From: Anaeramoeba ignava BMAN
Lineage: Eukaryota > Protista > Anaeramoebae
Reading direction: 5' to 3'
DNA: 64,000 bases
Assembly: GCA_028826165.1 (NCBI GenBank)
Contig: JAPDFW010000061.1
Coordinates: 186,001-250,000 of the forward strand
Shown here: positions 27,193-41,183 of the stretch, piece by piece
Numbering within the stretch: the stretch's first letter is position 1
How the letters are laid out: each line of letters starts with the position of its first letter
Notes under the pieces: model-generated
What the model saw: only the letters and a program-made list of their open reading frames with translations
Told to the model about the DNA's origin: nothing
The model's database searches: none
Translations under genes and position numbers: made by a program

Positions 27193-27448
27193 TTAAATTC
27201 CACTTTTTCAATTTTCAAAAAAGAAAAGAAATTAAGCAATTTATTTTACTTTTTTTATTCAAAAATCAATTTTTCTTTTTTCAATTTCTAAAAAAAAGGA
27301 AAAATGAAATAATTTTAATTTCTTTTTATTTTCAAAAAATTAAAAAATAAAAAAAAAGAAGAAAGTGGAATTTTAATTTAAAAAAAAAAGAAAAAAGAGG
27401 AAAAAATTTTTTTCATTTTTCATTTTTTTTCCTTTTTCTTTTCAAAAG

Positions 27449-29018
27449 ATGAACCAATGTTCAATTTGTCACCAAACAAAACAAATATCACACAAATGCC
27501 CAAAAACTGGTTTTCTTTTTTGTGAAAAATGTTTTGGGGATTTAGCTCCAGATTTGATATGTCCATTTTGTCATCCAAAACCTGACCAAAATAATAAAAA
27601 AAAAGAAAATCAAGTAAATAACAAAAAAACAAAATCAATTTCTTTTTTTCTCCAATTCTCATTAAAAATCAAAATCAAAATCAAAATCAAAATTAAAATC
27701 AAAATCAAAATCAAAATCAAAATCAAAATCTAAATCAAAATCAAAATCAAAATCAAAATCAAAATCAAAATCAAAATCAAAATCAAAATCAAAATCAAAA
27801 TCAAAATCAAAATCAAAACCAAAATCAAAATCAAAGTCAAATTCAAATTCAAAATCAAATTCAAAATCAAAATCAAGATTCAAATTCAAAAATACAGCAA
27901 ATTATAAACCAAAATCAAATTCAAAATCAAAATAAAATATTTGAAGGATATAAATCTCTTTTAAATTCAAATACTTTTTATGATTTCAAAATTATAATTG
28001 ATTCTAATAATACAGAAATTAAATGTCATAAAGCAATTCTTTATTCTCAACTTCAATTCTTCAAAAATTATTTTAAAGAACAAAATTCAAATGAATTTCA
28101 TTTTGAAACAGAAAATGAAGAAAATGTGAAAGAAGTTATCAATTTTATTTACACAAATCAAATTAATTTAAATTTAAATAATTTGATTGAAATTTGGTTT
28201 ATTTCACAAAAATTAGAATATGAATTATTAATTAATTTAACTGAAAAAATAATTCTAAATCAAATTAATGAAAATTTAATTTTAGAAAGTTTAATCAAAA
28301 GTGAAAAACTTCAAAGAAACAAAATTAACAAAAATTTTAAAGAATTTATTCAAAAAAACTTTCAAAAAATAATTTTAAATGATAAAATATTTGAATTATC
28401 AATTCATAAAATTGAAGAATTAATTGAAATTGGAATTGAAAATCAACAACCAACATTTGAATTACTTTCTTTATTAACAAATTTTTCAAATAGATATCAA
28501 AATTTCCAAATACAAAAACAAATTGAAAATCAAAATCAAAATCAAATTCAAATTCAAAATCAAATTTCAAAAAAACATAAAACAATTCCAAAAGAATTAC
28601 CAATTTTAAATCAATTTAGTTCTTTTTTGACAAATATTGAAAATATGTTCTCAATCCGACAAAAACAACAATTCAAAAATTTACCAAATCAATTCATTAA
28701 TTTTATTTCCCAAACACATCAAGAAGTTGAAAAATCAAAACAAACAACAATTTCAAATCTATTATCAACACCACAAACAATTCAAAACACAAAAAATCAA
28801 TCAAATTCAAATTCAAATTCAAATTTAAAATCAAAATCAAAATCAAATTCAAAAAAAGAGCAAAATCAATTTCGTAAAAACAAAATTCCCAAAAGCAGAT
28901 TCAGATTCAGATCCAGATCAGATCCATTTAGAAAATCGATGATTAAACAAAAATAGAATCAAAATCTAAATCTAAATCTAAATCCGATATAGATTCACAA
29001 AAAGATCAAAACAATTAA
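27449..29018 (+). CDS. ZF-array gene 6: RING-like joined directly to BTB (no CCCH block)
   Basis: Exon 1 27449-27613, nearly identical to that of gene 5. Candidate in-frame acceptor CAG ending 27897. BTB ORF to 28956; the conserved end DIDSQKDQNN* at 29018 suggests a late frameshift. Confidence 0.7.
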
Positions 29019-29089
29019 AATTTAATCCAAAAAAAAGGAATTTCCTTTTAATTTCCTTTTAATTTTCAAAAAAGAAAAATGAGAAAAAA

Positions 29090-31200
29090 ATAAACAATAA
29101 AATTAATTAAAATATTTTATTTATTAATTTATTTAATTTTTAATTATAACTAATTTATCATTTTGCAATAAAATTAATTAAGAAAGGATTTTAAAAAATA
29201 ATTTATTATTAATATTAAATTAAAATTATTAAAAATAATGAAATAAAATTAATTAAAATATTTTATTTATTATTTTGTTTAATTTTTAATTATAATTAAT
29301 TTAATATTTTGCAATAAAATTAATCAAAAAGGATTTTAAAAAGAATTTATTATTAATATTAAATTAAAATTATTAAAAATAAAGAAATAAAATTAATTAA
29401 AATATTTTATTTATTATTTTATTTAATTTTTAATTATAATTAATTTATTATTTTGCAATAAAATTAATTAAAAATGATTTTAAAAAGAATTTATTATTAA
29501 TATTAAATTAAAGTTATTAAAAATAAACAACAAAATTAATTAAAATATTTTATTTATTATTTTATTTAATTTTTAATTATAATTAATTTATTATTTTGCA
29601 ATAAAATTAATTAAGAAAGGATTTAAAAAGATTTATTATTAATATTAAATTAAAATTATTAAAAATAAAGAAATAAAATTAATTAAAATATTTTATTTAT
29701 TATTTTATTTAATTTTTAATTATAATTAATTTATTATTTTGAAATAAAATTAATTAAAAATGATTTTTAAAAAGAATTTATTATTAATATTAAATTAAAG
29801 TTATTAAAAATAATGAAATAAAATTAATTAAAATATTTTATTTATTAATTTATTTAATTTTTAATTATAATTAATTTATTATTTTGCAATAAAATTAATC
29901 AAGAAAGGATTTAAAAAGAATTTGTTATTAATATTAAATTAATATTATTAAAAATAAAAGAAATAAAATTAATTAAAATATTTTATTTATTAATTTATTT
30001 AATTTTTAATTATAATTTATTTATCATTTTGCAATAAAATTAATCAAGAAATGATTTAAAAAGAATTTATTATTAATATTAAATTAAAATTATTAAAAAT
30101 AAAGAAATAAAATTAATTAAAATATTTTATTTATTATTTTATTTAATTTTTAATTATAAGTAATTTATTATTTTGCAATAAAATTAATCAAGAAATGATT
30201 TAAAAAGAATTTATTATTAATATTAAATTAAAATTATTAAAAATAAACAAAAATTAATTAAAATATTTTATTTATTATTTTATTTAATTTTTAATTATAA
30301 TTAATTTATTATTTTGCAATAAAATTAATCAAAAAGGATTTAAAAAGAATTTATTATTAATATTAAATTAATATTATTAAAAATAAATAAACAAAATTAA
30401 TTAAAATATTTTATTTATTAATTTACTTAATTTTTAATTATAATTAATTTACAATTTTGCAATAAAATTAATCAAAAAGGATTTAAAAAGAATTTATTAT
30501 TAATATTAAATTAAAATTATTAAAAATAAACAAAAATTAATTAAAATATTTTATTTATTATTTTATTTAATTTTTAATTATAATTAATTTATTATTTTGC
30601 AATAAAATTAATTAAGAAATGATTTTAAAAATAATTTATTATTAATATTAAATTAAAATTATTAAAAATAATGAAATAAAATTAATTAAAATATTTTATT
30701 TATTAATTTACTTAATTTTTAATTATAATTAATTTACAATTTTGCAATAAAATTAATCAAAAAGGATTTAAAAATAATTTATTATTAATATTAAATTAAA
30801 ATTATTAAAAATAAACAAAAATTAATTAAAATATTTTATTTATTATTTTATTTAATTTTTAATTATAATTAATTTATTATTTTGCAATAAAATTAATTAA
30901 AAATGATTTAAAAAGAATTTATTATTAATATTAAATTAATATTATTAAAAATAATGAAATAAAATTAATTAAAATATTTTATTTATTATTTTATTTAATT
31001 TTTAATTATAATTAATTTATTATTTTGCAATAAAATTAATCAAAAATGATTTTAAAAAAGGATTTATTATTAATATTAAATTAAAATTATTAAAAATAAT
31101 GAAATAAAATTAATTAAAATATTTTATTTATTATTTTACTTAATTTTTAATTATAATTAATTTACTATTTTGCAATAAAATTAATTAAGAAAGGATTTAA
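29090..31200. repeat. ~143-bp extremely AT-rich tandem repeat, 15 copies
   Basis: Unit anchor AAAATTAATTAAAATATTTTATTTATT..TTTTGCAATAAAATTAAT recurs at ~29098, 29245, 29389, 29532, 29675, 29820, 29965, 30109, 30250, 30393, 30533, 30678, 30818, 30961, 31106. Confidence 0.95.
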
Positions 31201-32097
31201 AAACTTTTTTTATTTTTTTTTTTTTGTTTTTTTTTTAAATTAAAAATAAGAAAGAAAAAAATTCAATAAAAATTTCAAAAACAAAAATATAAAAAAAAAT
31301 AAAAAGAAAATGTTAATTAAAATGTAAAATAATTTATTTACATAATTTATAAAAAGATTTTATTATCTAAATTAATTCAAAAATGATTTAAAAATAAATA
31401 TAAATTTAATTCCAAAAAAATTCAAATTTAAATTAATTTTATTTCCAAAAATTTAAATAAAATTAAATAATAATATTTAATTAAATTTAAATTAAAAATG
31501 ATTTTGAAATAAATTAATAATATAAAATATAATTTTATTATTTATTTTCCTTATCAAATAATTTAATCAATTTTAATCTAAATTTAATCAAAAAATTAAA
31601 TAATAAAAATTAAAATTAAAATATAAAATAATTTATTCAGATAATTTATAAAAATATTTTATTATCTAAATTAATTCAAAATTGATTTAAAAATGAATAT
31701 AAATTTAAATCAAAAAAAAACAAAATTTAAATTTAATTTTATAAAAAGAAAATTAAAGAATAAGAAAGATTTAAAGAATAAAAATCAATTTATTCCAAAA
31801 TGAAAATAAAAATTTAAAAAGAATCTATAAATAAAAATTAATTAAAAAATAAATAAAACAAAATCAATTTTTGATAAAGATTTAAATTTAAAATGAATTA
31901 TTTCTAATTTATCAATTATTTTATAAAAATCAAAAACAAAATCAAAATAAAATAAAACAATTTTTGATTTGGATTTAAATTTTCCTTTTTTGATTTTTTA
32001 AAAAAAAGAAAAAACGGAAAAATAAAAATAATAAAAAATCAAATTTTCCATTTTTTTCCATTTTTTTATTTTCATTTTTTTCCTTTTATATTTATAA

Positions 32098-35000
32098 ATG
32101 GAAACTACACAAATTATTTGTCCAATTTGTTTTGAAAATTATTCAAAAGAAAGAAAACCAATGATAATATGCAAAAAAGATCATTCAATTTGTGAGATAT
32201 GTTTAAAAAATGTGAATGAATGTCCACTTTGTAGAACTTCTTTTAAAAATTTTAAACCAATTCGAAATCGAAGTTTATTAGAAGTTGTAGAAAAAATTAA
32301 AAAAAAATCCAATTTTTCATTTTCTCCACTTATTCCTTTATCCCAACTTAAAATTGAACAAGAACCTTTTGCTTATGGAGGATCAGCTGATATTTATAAA
32401 GCTAAATGGGGAATTAATCAAATTGTTGTTAAGAAATTCAGAATACAAAATGATTCAAAACTCAAAAATCAATTACAAAATGAACTTCAATTAGCTATTA
32501 AATTAAATCATTCAAATATCATTCGAATTTATGGAGTTGTTGAATTTAAAAATACATTTGGAATTGTAATGGAATATGCAGAACAAGGAAATTTATCACA
32601 AAAAATACCAAATTTAACATTTCAAGAACAAATTGAATATTCTTTACAAATTATTGAAGGAATCAAATATCTTCATAAAAATTCAATTATTCATCGAGAT
32701 TTGAAACCTGAAAATATTTTAATATCAAATAATAAACCAAAAATAAGTGATTTTGGAATTTCAAAACTTCATGAACATACAAGAAAAAATACAACAGTTA
32801 TGGTTTCATTTGCTTATTCAGCTCCAGAATTATATCAAGAAGGAAGTATTTATGATAGTTCTTGTGATATTTTCAGTTTATCAATTATTTTATTTGAAAT
32901 TTTTTCAAAAAAAAAAGCATTTGAAAATGGAAATTTGATGATGAAAACTAAGAAAATTGTTCAAGGAGAAAGACCACAATTTCCTAATGATTTTCCAAAA
33001 CAATTAATTGAAGTAATCCAAAAAGGATGGAAAGAAAATCCAAAAGATAGATGTTCATTGGATTTATTTAGTCAGAAGTTAAATGAGATGAAACTAATAA
33101 GTAATTCATTTTCTTTTTTCTTAAAACAAAAAAAATCCAATTTAATTTTAATTTTTAATTCTAAAATAAAATCAAATTCAAAATCAAATTCAAATTCAAA
33201 ATCAGAACGAAAAAAAAATCAAAATCAAAATCAAAATCAAGATTTGTTTAATCAAATAAACCAAATTCAATATCCAAATTCGAATGAAATGAAGCAAGTG
33301 ATCAATCAATATCAAAATCAATTTCCAAATCAAAGTCAAATTCAAGAAAAAGGAAATCATAAACACAAAAATCAAATTCAAATTCAAATTCAAAATCAAA
33401 TTCAAAATCAAATTCAAAGTGAAATTGATAGTGGCAATGAGAATGAAACAAAATCAAATTTAGAATCAAAATCAAATTTAGAATCAAAATCAAAATCAAA
33501 TTCAAATTCAAATTCAAAATCAAAATCAAAATCAAAATCAAATTCAAATTCAAAATCAAAATCAAAATCAAAATCAAATTCAAATTCAAAATCAAAATCA
33601 AAATCAAAATCAAATTCAAATTCAAATTCAAAATCAAAATCAAAATCAAAATCAAAATCAAAATCAAAACTCAAAATCAAAACCAAAATCAAAATCAAAA
33701 TCAAATTCAAAATCAAAATCAAAATCAAAATCAAAATCAAAATCAAAATCAGAACGAAAAAAAAATCAAATCCAAAATCAAAATCAAGATTTGTTTAATC
33801 AAATAAACCAAATTCAATATCCAAATTCGAATGAAATGAAGCAAGTGATCAATCAATATCAAAATCAATTTCCAAATCAAAGTCAAATTCAAGAAAAAGG
33901 AAATCATAAACACAAAAATCAAATTCAAATTCAAATTCAAAATCAAAATCAAAATCAAAATGATAAAGAAAATGAAAATGAAACAAACTCAAAAAAAAAA
34001 CATGATAAAAAACATAAACATAAACATAAACATGAGAACAAAGATATAAACGAAAAAATTCAAAATCAAAAAAAAGAACAAAAAAATGATAAAAAACATA
34101 AACATAAAAAAGAAAAGAATAAATTAGATAAAAATCAAAATCAAAATCAAAATCAAAATCAAAATCAAAATAAAAATCAAAATCAAAATCAAAATCAAAA
34201 TAAAAATCAAAATCAAAATCAAAATCAAAGTCAAAATGATAAAGAAAATGAGAATGAAACAAAATCAAAAAAAAAACATGATAAAAAACAAAAACATAAA
34301 CATAAACATGAGAACAAAGATATAAACGAAAAAATTCCAAATCAAAATCAAAATCAAAATCAAGAACAAAAAAATGATAAAAAACATAAACATAAAAAAG
34401 AAAAGAATAAATTAGATCAAATTCAAAATCAAAATCAAAATCAAAATCAAAATCAAAATCAAAGTCAAAATGATAAAGAAAATGAGAATGAAACAAACTC
34501 AAAAAAAAAACATGATAAAAAACATAAACATAAACATAAACATGAGAACAAAGATATAAACGAAAAAATTCAAAATCAAAAAAAAGAACAAAAAAATGAT
34601 AAAAAACATAAACATAAAAAAGAAAAGAATAAATTAGATAAAAATCAAAATCAAAATCAAAATCAAAATCAAAATCAAAATAAAAATCAAAATCAAAATC
34701 AAAATCAAAATAAAAATCAAAATCAAAATCAAAATCAAAGTCAAAATGATAAAGAAAATGAGAATGAAACAAAATCAAAAAAAAAACATGATAAAAAACA
34801 AAAACATAAACATAAACATGAGAACAAAGATCTAAACGAAAAAATTCCAAATCAAAATCAAAATCAAAATCAAGAACAAAAAAATGATAAAAAACATAAA
34901 CATAAAAAAGAAAAGAATAAATTAGATAAAAATCAAAATCAAAATCAAAATCAAAATCAAAATCAAAATCAAGAACAAAAAAATGATAAAAAACATAAAC

Positions 35001-35104
35001 ATAAAAAAGAAAAGATGAATTCTGATCAAAATCAAAATCAAATTCAAAATCAATCGAAAACAAAAAGAAAACATGGAAAAAAACATGGAAACAAAAAAAA
35101 ATAA
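32098..35104 (+). CDS. RING-finger (C3HC4) Ser/Thr or TKL-type protein kinase with low-complexity HK/NQ tail
   Basis: RING CPICFE..CKKDHSICEIC..CPLCR. Kinase motifs AYGGSADIY, VVKK, HRDLKPENIL, SDFG, SAPE, DIFS. Possible intron from GT 33101. Tail (ORF 33791..35104) is homologous to those of genes 4 and 5; the junction is uncertain. Confidence 0.85.
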
Positions 35105-35360
35105 TTAAATTCCACTTTTTCAATTTTCAAAAAAGAAAAGAAATTAAACAATTTATTTTACTTTTTTTATTCAAAAATCAATTTATCTTTTTTCAATTCC
35201 CAAAAAAAGGAAAAATGAAATAATTTTAATTTCTTTTTATTTTCAAAAAATTAAAAAATAAAAAAAAAGAAGAAAGTGGAATTTTAATTTAAAAAAAAAA
35301 AGAAAAAAGAGGAAAAAATTTTTTTCATTTTTCATTTTTTTTCCTTTTTCTTTTCAAAAG

Positions 35361-38300
35361 ATGAACCAATGTTCAATTTGTCGCCAAATAAAACAAATAT
35401 CACACAAATGCCCAAAATCTGGTTTCCTTTTTTGTGAAAAATGTTTTGGGAATTTAGCTCCAGATTTGATATGTCCTCATTGTCACTATCAAATTCAAAT
35501 TGTTTCAAGAAAAGAAAATCAAGTAAAATAACAAAAAACAAAACAAAATTTCATTTTTTATTTTCCGTTTTTATTTATTTTTAAAAAGATGGATCGTTGT
35601 CTCCTTTGTCAAAAAACAAAAAAAATAATCCACAAATGCCCAAAATCTGACATTAGTTACTGTCTAAGTTGTTTTTTGAAAATGTCTCAAAATTCTGTAT
35701 GTCAACATTGTCTTGAAAAAGTGGAAATTGTTTCAATAAAAGAAAATCAAGTAAAATACAAAAAACAAAACAAAATTTCATTTTTATTTTCATTTTTTTC
35801 ATTTTTTTCCTTTTTTTATTTATTCTTAAAAAGATGGATTATTGTTCAATGTGTCGTCAATTAAAACAAATAGTTCACAAATGCCCAAAATCTGGCTTAG
35901 CTTTTTGTTCTGGCTGTTTCCAAACATTCGCTCCAGATTCTAAATGCCCACTTTGTCACCCAAAACCTGACCAAAATAATAAAAGAAAAGAAAATCAAGT
36001 AAAATAACAAAAAACAAAACAATTTCATTATTTATTTTCCGTTTTTATTTATTCTTAAAAAGATGGATTATTGTTCAGGATGCAAAAAAAAAAAACAAAT
36101 AGTTCATAAATGTTCAACTGGCGAGGTTTTTTGTGAAAAATGTTTTGGGAATTTAGCTCCAGATTTGATATGTCCACTTTGTCACCCAAAACCTCAACAA
36201 AATCATAAAAAAAAAGAAAATCAAGTAAACCACGAAAAACAAAATCAATTTCTTTTTTTCTCCAATTCTCATTTAAAATCAAAATCAAAATCAAAATCAA
36301 AATCAAAATCAAAATCAAAATTAAAATCAAAATCAAAATTAAAATTAAAATTCAAAATTAAAATCAAAATCAAAATCAAAATCAAAATCAAAATCAAAAT
36401 CAAAATTAAAATCAAATTCAAAATCAAAATCAAAATCAAAATCTAAATCAAAATAATCAAAATCAAAATCAAAATCAAAATCAAAATCAAAATCAAAATC
36501 AAAATCAAAATCAAAATCAAAATTTAAATCAAAATCAAAATCAAAATTAAAATTTAAATCAAAATCAAAATCAAAATCAAAATCAAAATCAAAATCAAAA
36601 TCAAAATCAAAATCAAATTCAAAATCAAAATCAAAATCAAAATCAAAATCAAAATCAAAATCAAAATCAAAATTAAAATTAAAATCAAAATCAAAATCAA
36701 AATCAAATTCAAAATCAAAATCAAAATCAAAATCAAAATTTAAATCAAAATCAAAATCAAAATTAAAATCAAAATCAAAATCAAAATCAAAATCAAAATC
36801 AAAATCAAAATCAAAATCAAAATCAAAATCAAAATCAAAATCAAAATCAAAATCAAAATTAAAATCAAAATCAAAATCAAAATCAAAATCAAAATCAAAA
36901 TTAAAATCAAAATCAAAATCAAAATCAAAATCAAAATCAAAATCAAATTCAGAATCAAAATCAAAATCAAAATTCAAATTCAAAATTAAAATTAAAATTC
37001 AAAATCAAAATCAAAATCAAAATTAAAATTCAAAATCAAAATCAAAATCAAAATCAAAATCAAAATTCAAAGCCAAATTCAAATTCAAAATCAAATTCAG
37101 AAACAAAAAAGAGAATATGATGATTCCAAAATGTGTTCTTTTTTACAACAAGGATGGTGTAATTCATATCAACATTTTAAAAAAAATGATCCAATAGAAC
37201 ATCCACCAAGTAAAATAGTATGCCCTAAATTTTATAAAGGAGAATCATGTAAATCATCTAATTGTCCATATACTCATCCAAGAGCTGAAGATTTTTTGGA
37301 ATGGAGAAATAAAATTTTAAGTCAAAATCCAAATGTTGAAGATATTAAAAAAACTAATTGTTATTTTCTTGATCGAAGAAAAAAAACTCATAGAAAGGTA
37401 AGAAAAATCAAATTAAATTTTTCCTTCAATTTTATTTTAAAAATTCAAAATTGGAAAAAAACAATTTTAATAATTTTAATTTGAAATAGAATGTCGAAAT
37501 GAATTCTCTGGTATTATATTTGGTATTTGGAGTGAGAAATGTGAAAATAAAATGTGTAGATATGAACATCCTAATTTTCCATCTAAATTAAAATCAAAAA
37601 TGAATGATTATCTTAAAAAAGATTCCAATAAAACTGATTTTAATAAAGATAAAATTCGAGACCCAATTAAAAATAAATTTCAATCTCCGTTTCAAAAAAC
37701 TTTCCAAAATCAAAATCAAGATAATGATAATGATAATGATAATGACAATGATTTAAATCAGAATGAATATGAATATAAATTTCAAAATTCAAATCAATTT
37801 AAGTTCCAAAATCAAAATCAAATTCAAATGCAAAATTCAATTCAAAAATTAAATCAAATTCAAATTCAAATGCAAAATCAAATTCAAAATCAAATTCAAA
37901 ATCCAAATCCAATGCAAAATTCAATTCAAAATTCAATTCAAAGTCAATATAAATATGAATATCAAAATGAATCAAATAGAAAAAAACCGAAAAAAAATTC
38001 AACTTCAACTTCAGATTCAACTTCAGATTCAGATTCATTTCAAACAGCAAAAGTTAAACATCATAAAAAACCAAAATCGAATTTGAAAAATAAATCAAAA
38101 CGATTTTCTAAAGCAAAAAAAAATACCAACTCAAATAAAAATAATAAAAAAGGAAACACCAGTTTAAAGAAAAACAAAATCAAAAAAGAATTCAAATCAA
38201 TCAAAAAGGAAATCACATAAAAAACAAAACAAAAAAAATAATTCAAAAAAAATATATAAATCAAAGCAAATATCTCGAACATTACCTAATCCAAATAAGC

Positions 38301-40954
38301 AAATTAATATGCAAAATACAAATCAATTAAACAAATCAATAAAAAATTTAAATTCAAACAAACCAAAATCAAATTCACAATCAGAATCAGAATCAGAAAC
38401 AGAATCAATTCCAAATTCAAATTCTCAACACAATTTAATAAATCAAAATCAAAATCACCAATCAAAATCAAAAATGAAACCAAAAGTATATCAAAATCAA
38501 TTTCAAAATCAAGAAGAAAACCAAAATCAATTTCAAAATTCCAATTCAAGAACACAAAAATCGAAAAAGAATTCAAATCAATCAAAAAGGAAATCACATA
38601 AAAAACAAAACAAAAAAAATAATTCAAAAAATACAAATGATTCAAAACAAAGAACTCAAACATTACCTAACCCAAATAAGCAAATTAATATGCAAAATAC
38701 AAATCAATTAAATAAATCAATGAAAAATTTAAATTCAACCAAATCAAAATCAAATTCACAATCAGAATCAGAATCAAATTCAGATTCAAATTCAAATTCA
38801 GATTCAACTTCAGATTCAAATGATTCTCAAAACAATTTAATAAATCAAATACCTAATACAAATAATGAAATTAATATACAAAATACAAATCAATTAAACA
38901 AATCAATGAAAAATTTAAATTCAAACAAATCAAATTCACAATCAGAATCAGAATCAGAATCAGAATCAAATTCAAATTCAAATTCAAATTCAGATTCAAC
39001 TTCAGAATCAGATTCAAATTTAGATTCAAATGATTCTCAAAACAATTTAATAAATCAAAATCAAAATCAAAATCAAAATCAAAATCAAAATCAAAATCAA
39101 AATCAAAATCAAAATCAAAATCAAAATCAAAATCAAAATCAAAATCAAAATCAAAATCAAAATCAAAATCAAAATCAAAATCAAAATCAAAATCAAGAAG
39201 AAAACCAAAATCAATTTCAAAATTCCAATTCAAGAACACAAAAAAAATCAAAAAAGAATCCAAATCAATCAAAAAGGAAATCACATAAAAAACAAAACAA
39301 AAAAAATAATTCAAAAAATACAAATGATTCAAAACAAAGAACTCAAACATTACCTAACCCAAATAAGCAAATTAATATGCAAAATACAAATCAATTAAAT
39401 AAATCAATAAAAAATTTAAATTCAAACAAATCAAAATCAAATTCACAATCAGAATCAGAATCAAAATCAGAATCAACTTCAAATTCAGATTCAAATTTAG
39501 ATTCAAATTCAGATTCAAATTCAGATTCAAATGATTCTCAAAGCAATTTAATAAATCAAATACCTAATCAAAATAACGAAATTAATATACAAAATACAAA
39601 TCAATTAAACAAATCAATGAAAAATTTAAATTCAAACAAATCAAATTCACAATCAGAATCAGAATCAGAATCAGAATCAGAATCAACTTCAGAATCAGAA
39701 TCAAATTCAAATTTAGATTCAAATGATTCTCAAAACAATTTAATAAATCAAAATCAAAATCAAAATCAAAATCAAAATCAAAATCAAAATCAAAATCAAA
39801 ATCAAAATCAAAATCAAAATCAAAACAAAAATCAAAACAAAAATCAAAACAAAAATCAAAATCAAAATCAAAATCAAAATCAAAACAAAAATCAAAACAA
39901 AAATCAAAATCAAAATCAAAATCAAGAAGAAAACCAAAATCAATTTCAAAATTCCAATTCAAGAACACAAAAAAAATCGAAAAAGAATCCAAATCAATCA
40001 AAAAGGAAATCACATAAAAAACAAAACAAAAAAAATAATTCAAAAAATACAAATGATTCAAAACAAAGAACTAAAACATTACCTAACCCAAATAAGCAAA
40101 TTAATATGCAAAATACAAATCAATTAAACAAATCAATGAAAAATTTAAATTCAAACAAACCAAAATCAAAATCACAATCAGAATCAGATTCAACTTCAGA
40201 ATCAGATTCAAATTTAGATTCAAATTCAAATTCAAATTCAGATTCAAATGATTCTCAAAGCAATTTAATAAATCAAATACCTAATCAAAATAACGAAATT
40301 AATATACAAAATACAAATCAATTAAACAAATCAATGAAAAATTTAAATTCAAACAAATCAAAATCAAATTCACAATCAGAAACAGAATCAAATTCAGAAT
40401 CAGAAACAGAATCAACTTCAAATTCAGATTCAAATGATTCTCAAAACAATTTAATAAATCAAAATCAAAATCAAAATCAAAATCAAAACCAAAATCCAAA
40501 ATCAAAACCAAAACCAAAATCAAAATCAAAATCAAAATCAAAATCAAAATCAAATCAAAATCAAAATCAAAATCAAAATCAAAATCAAAATCAAATTCAA
40601 AATGATCCAAATTTTGTAAAAGAAAACCATAAAATGGGAAAGCACAAGAAAAAATATCAAAATAACAACCAATTTGAAAATCAAAATCAAAATCAAAATC
40701 AAAATCAAAACCAAAACCAAAATCAAAATCAAAATCAAAATCAAAATCAAAATCAAAATCAAAATCAAAATCAAAATCAAAATCAAAATCAAAATCAAAA
40801 TAAACATAAACACAAACACAAACACAAACATCAAAACAATGATATAAAAGAACAAATTCCTAATGAAAATCAAAATAAATTTAAATCAAAATCAAAATCA
40901 AAATCAAAATCAAATTCGAATTCGAAAAAACACAAAAACAAACAAGATAATTAA
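35361..40954 (+). CDS. ZF-array gene 7: four tandem RING-like exons + CCCH block + very long repeat tail
   Basis: RING exons 35361-35522, 35589-35750, 35834-35998, 36063-36224. CCCH exon 37101-37397 is one base short of paralogues in an A-run. Exon 3 from 37490; frame change near 38170; stop at 40954. Confidence 0.75.
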
Positions 40955-41183
40955 GTTCTACTTTTTCAATTTAATTTTTCAATTTAAAAAAAAAACAATT
41001 TATTTTACTTTTTTTAATCAAAAATCAATTTATCTTTTTTTTTTCCTTTTCTTTTTTCAATTTCAAAAAAGGGAAAAAAAGAAATAAAAAATTTAAAAAA
41101 AAAAAGAAAGTGGAATTTTAATTAATTTTTTTTTTCCGAATTTTTTTTCATTTTTTTTTTCCTTTTTCATTTTTTTTTAAACA

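Noticed and set aside
29090-31200. Possible CRISPR array
   Set aside because: Whole units repeat with no unique spacers, there are no cas genes and the context is eukaryotic.
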